DNA of 64,000 nucleotides, from NCBI GenBank assembly GCA_964012805.1, contig CAXGUD010000022.1, positions 10,773 through 74,772 on the forward strand, given 5' to 3'. This DNA comes from an uncultured Bacteriovoracaceae bacterium. GTDB lineage: Bacteria; Bdellovibrionota; Bacteriovoracia; Bacteriovoracales; Bacteriovoracaceae. The number at the start of each line of letters is the position of its first letter. The first letter of the stretch is position 1. A program made the translations under genes and the position numbers. Of this stretch, positions 59,940 to 64,000 are shown one piece after another. The notes below the pieces were generated by a model. The model ran no database searches, was not told the DNA's origin, and worked only from the letters and a program-made list of their open reading frames with translations.

Positions 59940-61328
59940 GTGGGTATTTCCTTTGGTTCAATTGGAACAGGACTTCCAAAAGATATAGTTCAGCAAATAA
60001 TGGCTGCTGAAAAAATATCTGTAACCAAACTTGAAGAAAGAAAGGAAAAAATAAATGCTAAAAAGGCCCTCGTTGATGAACTAGGCACCTTAGTTGACTC
60101 TGTTAAAACTGATGTTTTTCTAAACTCAAACACCAGAGGCCTTAGAGAACTCAAAGTAGAAACAGACAATAGATATGTTACAGTCACTCCTGATAAAAAT
60201 CTCGCCCGACCAGGAACATACCAATTAGAAGTTACTCAACTGGCAAGAAAATCCTCAGCTATGACAAATGGGTTGCCTGATAAAGATAAAACCTCTGTTG
60301 GGGTCGGGTTTCTTCAATACGAACTGCCAAATGGAGATGTAAAAGACCTCTATATTGACTCGGACAACTCAACGCTTCAAGATATCGCAAAGTTAATTAA
60401 CAGCGACGAAGAAAATGGAATGAGAGCAAATGTAATAAACGATTATAGCGGCAGTGATACTCCATGGAGATTAATTATCACCCTTGAAGAACTTGGTGAC
60501 GATAACAAAGCTTCTTTTCCTGACTTTTACTTGTTAGATGGATGGGCAGACCTTTATCTTGAACAAGAAAGAGAAGCACAAGATGCTAAAGTAAGACTAG
60601 ATGGATTCGAAGTAGAGCTCCCAGATAATAAAACCTCTGAACTAATTCCAGGATTAACAATAGATCTTAAAAAAGCCGCTCCAGGCGAGGAGTTTCCTAT
60701 AATTATCACCGAAGATACTGAAGCAGTTACAGCAAAAATAAAAGATATCATTGACAAAATTAACTCAGTTTTTAAATTCATTATTGATCAAAATACTCTT
60801 GATGCAAATTCAGATACCACTCGAACCCTTGGAGGAGATATAGTCCTCCAAACACTGGAAAGCAGATTAAGATCCACAATATTTAATCCAGTCGAAACAT
60901 CTTTTGGACCAAGAAGAATTGGAGACATCGGCGTCGAGTTTCAGAGAAGCGGTTTATTAAGATTGGACGAAAAAAAGTTTAATGCTGCTTTATCTAGAAA
61001 CTACTTAGCAGCATCACAACTATTAGTTGGATGGTTTGATAAAGCTGGAGACCGCCAAGATGGTTTTTTAAATAAACTAGATGAAACCTTAGATACGGTT
61101 CTAAGAAGACCAGATGGGCTTATTCCTTCCAAGAAAAGTGGTCTTCGATCTCAAATTAATACTTTAGACAGAAGAATTGTAGATCGAGAACGATTATTAG
61201 ATAGAAAAGAGCAAGCATTAAAAACACGCTATTCCAAGTTGGAAGAGACAATTGCAAAACTAAAAGCACAAGGTAATAGTCTCGGACAAATGGGAGCAGG
61301 AGCGGCAGCCGTACCTCAATTGGGGTAA
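59940..61328 (+). CDS. fliD: Flagellar filament cap protein
   Basis: ISFGSIGTGL, VTQLA, AQDAK, IPGLTIDL, GLLRLDE, RYSKLE. Confidence 0.95.
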   Translation: MGISFGSIGTGLPKDIVQQIMAAEKISVTKLEERKEKINAKKALVDELGTLVDSVKTDVFLNSNTRGLRELKVETDNRYVTVTPDKNLARPGTYQLEVTQLARKSSAMTNGLPDKDKTSVGVGFLQYELPNGDVKDLYIDSDNSTLQDIAKLINSDEENGMRANVINDYSGSDTPWRLIITLEELGDDNKASFPDFYLLDGWADLYLEQEREAQDAKVRLDGFEVELPDNKTSELIPGLTIDLKKAAPGEEFPIIITEDTEAVTAKIKDIIDKINSVFKFIIDQNTLDANSDTTRTLGGDIVLQTLESRLRSTIFNPVETSFGPRRIGDIGVEFQRSGLLRLDEKKFNAALSRNYLAASQLLVGWFDKAGDRQDGFLNKLDETLDTVLRRPDGLIPSKKSGLRSQINTLDRRIVDRERLLDRKEQALKTRYSKLEETIAKLKAQGNSLGQMGAGAAAVPQLG

Positions 61329-61347
61329 AATTAAATAGGAGACTTTT

Positions 61348-61728
61348 ATGAATTATGGCTTGGGTGCGTACAAAAAAACTTCAATTCACACAGCCAGTAA
61401 GGAGCAAATTCTTCTGATGCTTTACCAAGCAGCAATAAAAAATTGCAAAAAGGCAATGGATGCGATTGACCGAAAAGACGTTGCTAGAAAAGGTGAACTT
61501 ATTGGAAAACTTCAGGATATTATTTTAGAATTAAATAATAGTCTCGACTTTAAGGTTGGCGGAGAAATAGCTGAAGAGCTTTCCTCACTTTATGATTATA
61601 TTCTTTTTTCAAGTACCCAAGCAAATATTAAACTGGACAAGGAACCACTTGAAGGTTGCCTGAGTGTGCTGAATACCCTTTATGAAGCTTGGCAAAAGGC
61701 TGTAAAATCTCTAAAAGAAAATAAATAA
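61348..61728 (+). CDS. fliS: Flagellin chaperone FliS
   Basis: AYKK..TAS..LLMLY, ELNNSLDF, LYDY, EAW. Confidence 0.96.
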   Translation: MNYGLGAYKKTSIHTASKEQILLMLYQAAIKNCKKAMDAIDRKDVARKGELIGKLQDIILELNNSLDFKVGGEIAEELSSLYDYILFSSTQANIKLDKEPLEGCLSVLNTLYEAWQKAVKSLKENK

Positions 61729-62135
61729 TGGGGGATAAGCTTTTAAAACTTATAATGGTCCACCTTTCTTATTTGGACCAACTTAAAAATTTGTCTGAAA
61801 AGCTTGAAATATTCTATCTTCAAGACCAGTTAGATTCTCTCTATCACTTTTCTTTAAATCGAGAAAGACTAATTAAAATAATACAAAAATACGAAGTTAA
61901 AATCCTGAATTACTCCTCTAAAAACAATATCAAAACTCTCAAGAATTCTTATATTGAAATATTAAAAGAGTGGAAGAAGGAAAAATCCTTAATCATTGAA
62001 AAAATAGAGGACGACAATAAAAATTTAATAAACCAATTAATCAAGAATAAAGAGATCGTTAAAACGGACCTATCCAATATTTTTAAAATGAATCAATTCC
62101 ACAATGCCTACTTGACTCATTCTCTTAAGTTATAA
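61728..62135 (+). CDS. FliT-like helical protein
   Basis: Coupled to fliS by TAATG; helical with NRERLI; assignment mostly positional. Confidence 0.5.
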   Translation: MGDKLLKLIMVHLSYLDQLKNLSEKLEIFYLQDQLDSLYHFSLNRERLIKIIQKYEVKILNYSSKNNIKTLKNSYIEILKEWKKEKSLIIEKIEDDNKNLINQLIKNKEIVKTDLSNIFKMNQFHNAYLTHSLKL

Positions 62136-62287
62136 GCTCAATTATTCATCAGATTTTTGACAAAAATCCCTTAACATGGTGAAATTAAAAAAACTAAAGA
62201 TTAGTTTTTCAATTGCCAAATGAACCTTAGAAAGAGGAAACAAATGGCTTCCCTAGTGAAGAATTCCAAAACAAAAAAAGAGAAAAC

Positions 62288-62968
62288 ATGGAAAATTTAA
62301 GAGAAATTTATTCTTTTGAAGTTAAAAAGTCAAAAACAAATTTACCTATTCCTGTGGTAAAAGGAGTACATCTTCACTCCGCTTATGACCCGATCAAAGA
62401 AGCTAAAAAAATGATTCGTAAAGATCTAAAAGAATTTCAAAGGAAAAAGAACATACTCATTTTTGGATATGGTTTTGGTTATCATGTAAGAGAAATAATT
62501 TCATTTTTTAAAGAAAAAAATATTAAAAAGTTTAAGATTATCGTAATAGAGAAAAATAAAAATCTATTAAAAACTGCTCTTTCTTTATTCCCAGCTGATT
62601 CTCCTAATTTAAAAATATACAGTGAGGATGATCCAAAAGATATTTTTGAAGATCAAGAGTTTTTAGATTTTCTTATTAATAAGCCCGTAATATTTGCTCA
62701 CCCTCCATCTTTTAGTCTGTATGATTCATATTTTGAGAAAATTCTAAAATATAAATCTCCTAATACACTTTCAGACATCATAAGAAATTTAGAGGCAACT
62801 GATTTAAAAAAATTTCTTGAACAAAATTTAGATCAAAAAAACTTAGGTCAATTATTGGATTCAATTAATAAAAAAAAGTCATTCAATAATAGAAACGATT
62901 TTCTTATGTCTGCTTTTTATCAAATTTCTAAAAAGCCAAAGAAAGATGCTGGAGTAGAGTATGAATAA
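62288..62968 (+). CDS. Maf (motility-associated factor) N-terminal-like protein
   Basis: HLHSAYDPIKEA, IFGYGFGYHV, VIEK resemble Maf N-terminal regions; no DUF115 catalytic part. Confidence 0.6.
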   Translation: MENLREIYSFEVKKSKTNLPIPVVKGVHLHSAYDPIKEAKKMIRKDLKEFQRKKNILIFGYGFGYHVREIISFFKEKNIKKFKIIVIEKNKNLLKTALSLFPADSPNLKIYSEDDPKDIFEDQEFLDFLINKPVIFAHPPSFSLYDSYFEKILKYKSPNTLSDIIRNLEATDLKKFLEQNLDQKNLGQLLDSINKKKSFNNRNDFLMSAFYQISKKPKKDAGVEYE

Positions 62969-64000
62969 AGTATTATTTATAAATCTAAGAAGATTTGGGG
63001 ATATCTTTTCGTCAGCACATTTGGCTTCAAAGCTAAAAAGTAAATTTAAAAATATAGAAATTTCTATTCTAATTTTTAAAGAGTTCGAATCAGGCCTCAA
63101 ACCTCTGCCATTATTTAAAAATGTTCATATCATTGATAGAAAAAAGATAGCTACACTTAAAAATAATGATCTATTTCCAGACTATATGGCTTTAGAGGCA
63201 TTATTTTATCCTATTCAAAAAATACGAAAAAGTGAGTATGACACTTTAATAAATTTATCTAATGATTTAATTAGCACAAATATTATAAGCTATTTAAATT
63301 TCGAAAATAATACTCAAGTTAAAGGGATTTATTTCAACAAAGAAAAAAATATAGTTTTTAATTCCAACTGGTCTATTGTTTTCAATGATATTTTAACATC
63401 ATACCCGTATACTCCGATTCATTTTGTTGATTGTTTTAAGAATATGCTTAACTTAGAAACAACAAGTAGTGCTAAAAAAATAACAAGGTCCCAAGAAAAA
63501 TATGAAAAAATCGCAAAAAATAATTTTCATCAAATAAAGAAAATAAAATTTAATGATCCCGATTCTGTCAAAATCATAGGTTTACAATTAAAAACAAGCT
63601 CTTCCGATAAAGATATCCCAAAAAATGTTTTAATTGAGTTAATTGAGAAGTATCGAAACAATGGCAACATACTACCTGTACTTTTAACTTCAAGCTCTGA
63701 TGAAGAAAAGAAATATGCCAATGAAATAAATTCATATTTCGAAAATAGCCTCATTTCAATTGAGTCCGACTTCTTGGCCTTACCTTCCGTTTTAAATAAT
63801 ATCGACCTACTAGTTACCCCTGATACATCAGTAAAGCACATTGCTGATCTAAATCAAACAAAGGTATTAGAAGTTATTTATGGACATGCGCCATTTTTAA
63901 AGCAGGGAACATACAATGAAGGTAATGCTATTTTGGTTGGTATCGATAACTTAAATAACTTAAATAACTTAAATAACAACAATATCTCAAACTATCCAAA
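62961..64000 (+). CDS. Glycosyltransferase family 9 protein (3' truncated by window)
   Basis: Not in the ORF track. MNKVLFINLRRFGDIFSS...DLLVTPDTSVKHIAD; SD GGAG; frame open to the window end. Confidence 0.85.
   Translation, partial: MNKVLFINLRRFGDIFSSAHLASKLKSKFKNIEISILIFKEFESGLKPLPLFKNVHIIDRKKIATLKNNDLFPDYMALEALFYPIQKIRKSEYDTLINLSNDLISTNIISYLNFENNTQVKGIYFNKEKNIVFNSNWSIVFNDILTSYPYTPIHFVDCFKNMLNLETTSSAKKITRSQEKYEKIAKNNFHQIKKIKFNDPDSVKIIGLQLKTSSSDKDIPKNVLIELIEKYRNNGNILPVLLTSSSDEEKKYANEINSYFENSLISIESDFLALPSVLNNIDLLVTPDTSVKHIADLNQTKVLEVIYGHAPFLKQGTYNEGNAILVGIDNLNNLNNLNNNNISNYP
63946..63977 (+). repeat. 9-bp tandem repeat (ATAACTTAA)x3.5, in frame
   Basis: Exact repeats encoding NLN-NLN-NLN. 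Confidence 0.9.

Noticed and set aside
172..63841. Many antisense or nested ORFs in the track (e.g. 172-375, 3104-3301, 21298-21696, 24818-25237, 36669-37289, 53105-53497, 63530-63841)
   Set aside because: They are shadows of well-supported genes, rich in F/L/I/S, with no motifs.
1..64000. CRISPR arrays, tRNA/rRNA genes, IS elements, prophage, defence systems
   Set aside because: No repeat-spacer arrays, cloverleafs, transposase/integrase or phage genes recognised; intergenic gaps are short.

Overview
AT-rich bacterial core-chromosome window. Gene content points to a predatory Bdellovibrionota, probably Bacteriovoracia-like (inferred, no database search). Left part: recG 3' end, an RSH-like TIGR04552 protein, pgpA-recA-recX, an OppA-type lipoprotein, an acyl-CoA synthetase, rpoZ, lon and rplM-rpsI. 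Centre (about 15.7-42.4 kb): a myxobacteria-style super-locus read on the minus strand, ribF-aroE-pilBTC-pilA-(pilG inverted)-pilHID-pilMNOPQ-TPR-aroQ-efp-accBC-SgmX/Bd2492-like TPR-tamB-tamA. Right part: a MoxR/DUF58/Bat operon, a divergent RqcH-like/MutS2 pair, lepB, a transpeptidase, rlmE, a sensor-less sigma54 activator, fliD-fliS-fliT-like, a Maf-like gene and a partial GT9. No rRNA, tRNA, CRISPR array, prophage or IS element was recognised. Main observations: (1) two ribosome-quality-control genes whose start codons overlap inside one CATG palindrome; (2) a sigma28-type promoter upstream of pilB, with no pilS/pilR in the cluster; (3) a probable ATT start for recX behind a hairpin; (4) an RSH-fold enzyme with altered catalytic motifs; (5) a stand-alone HisKA-like microprotein. 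All calls come from motif reading by eye.
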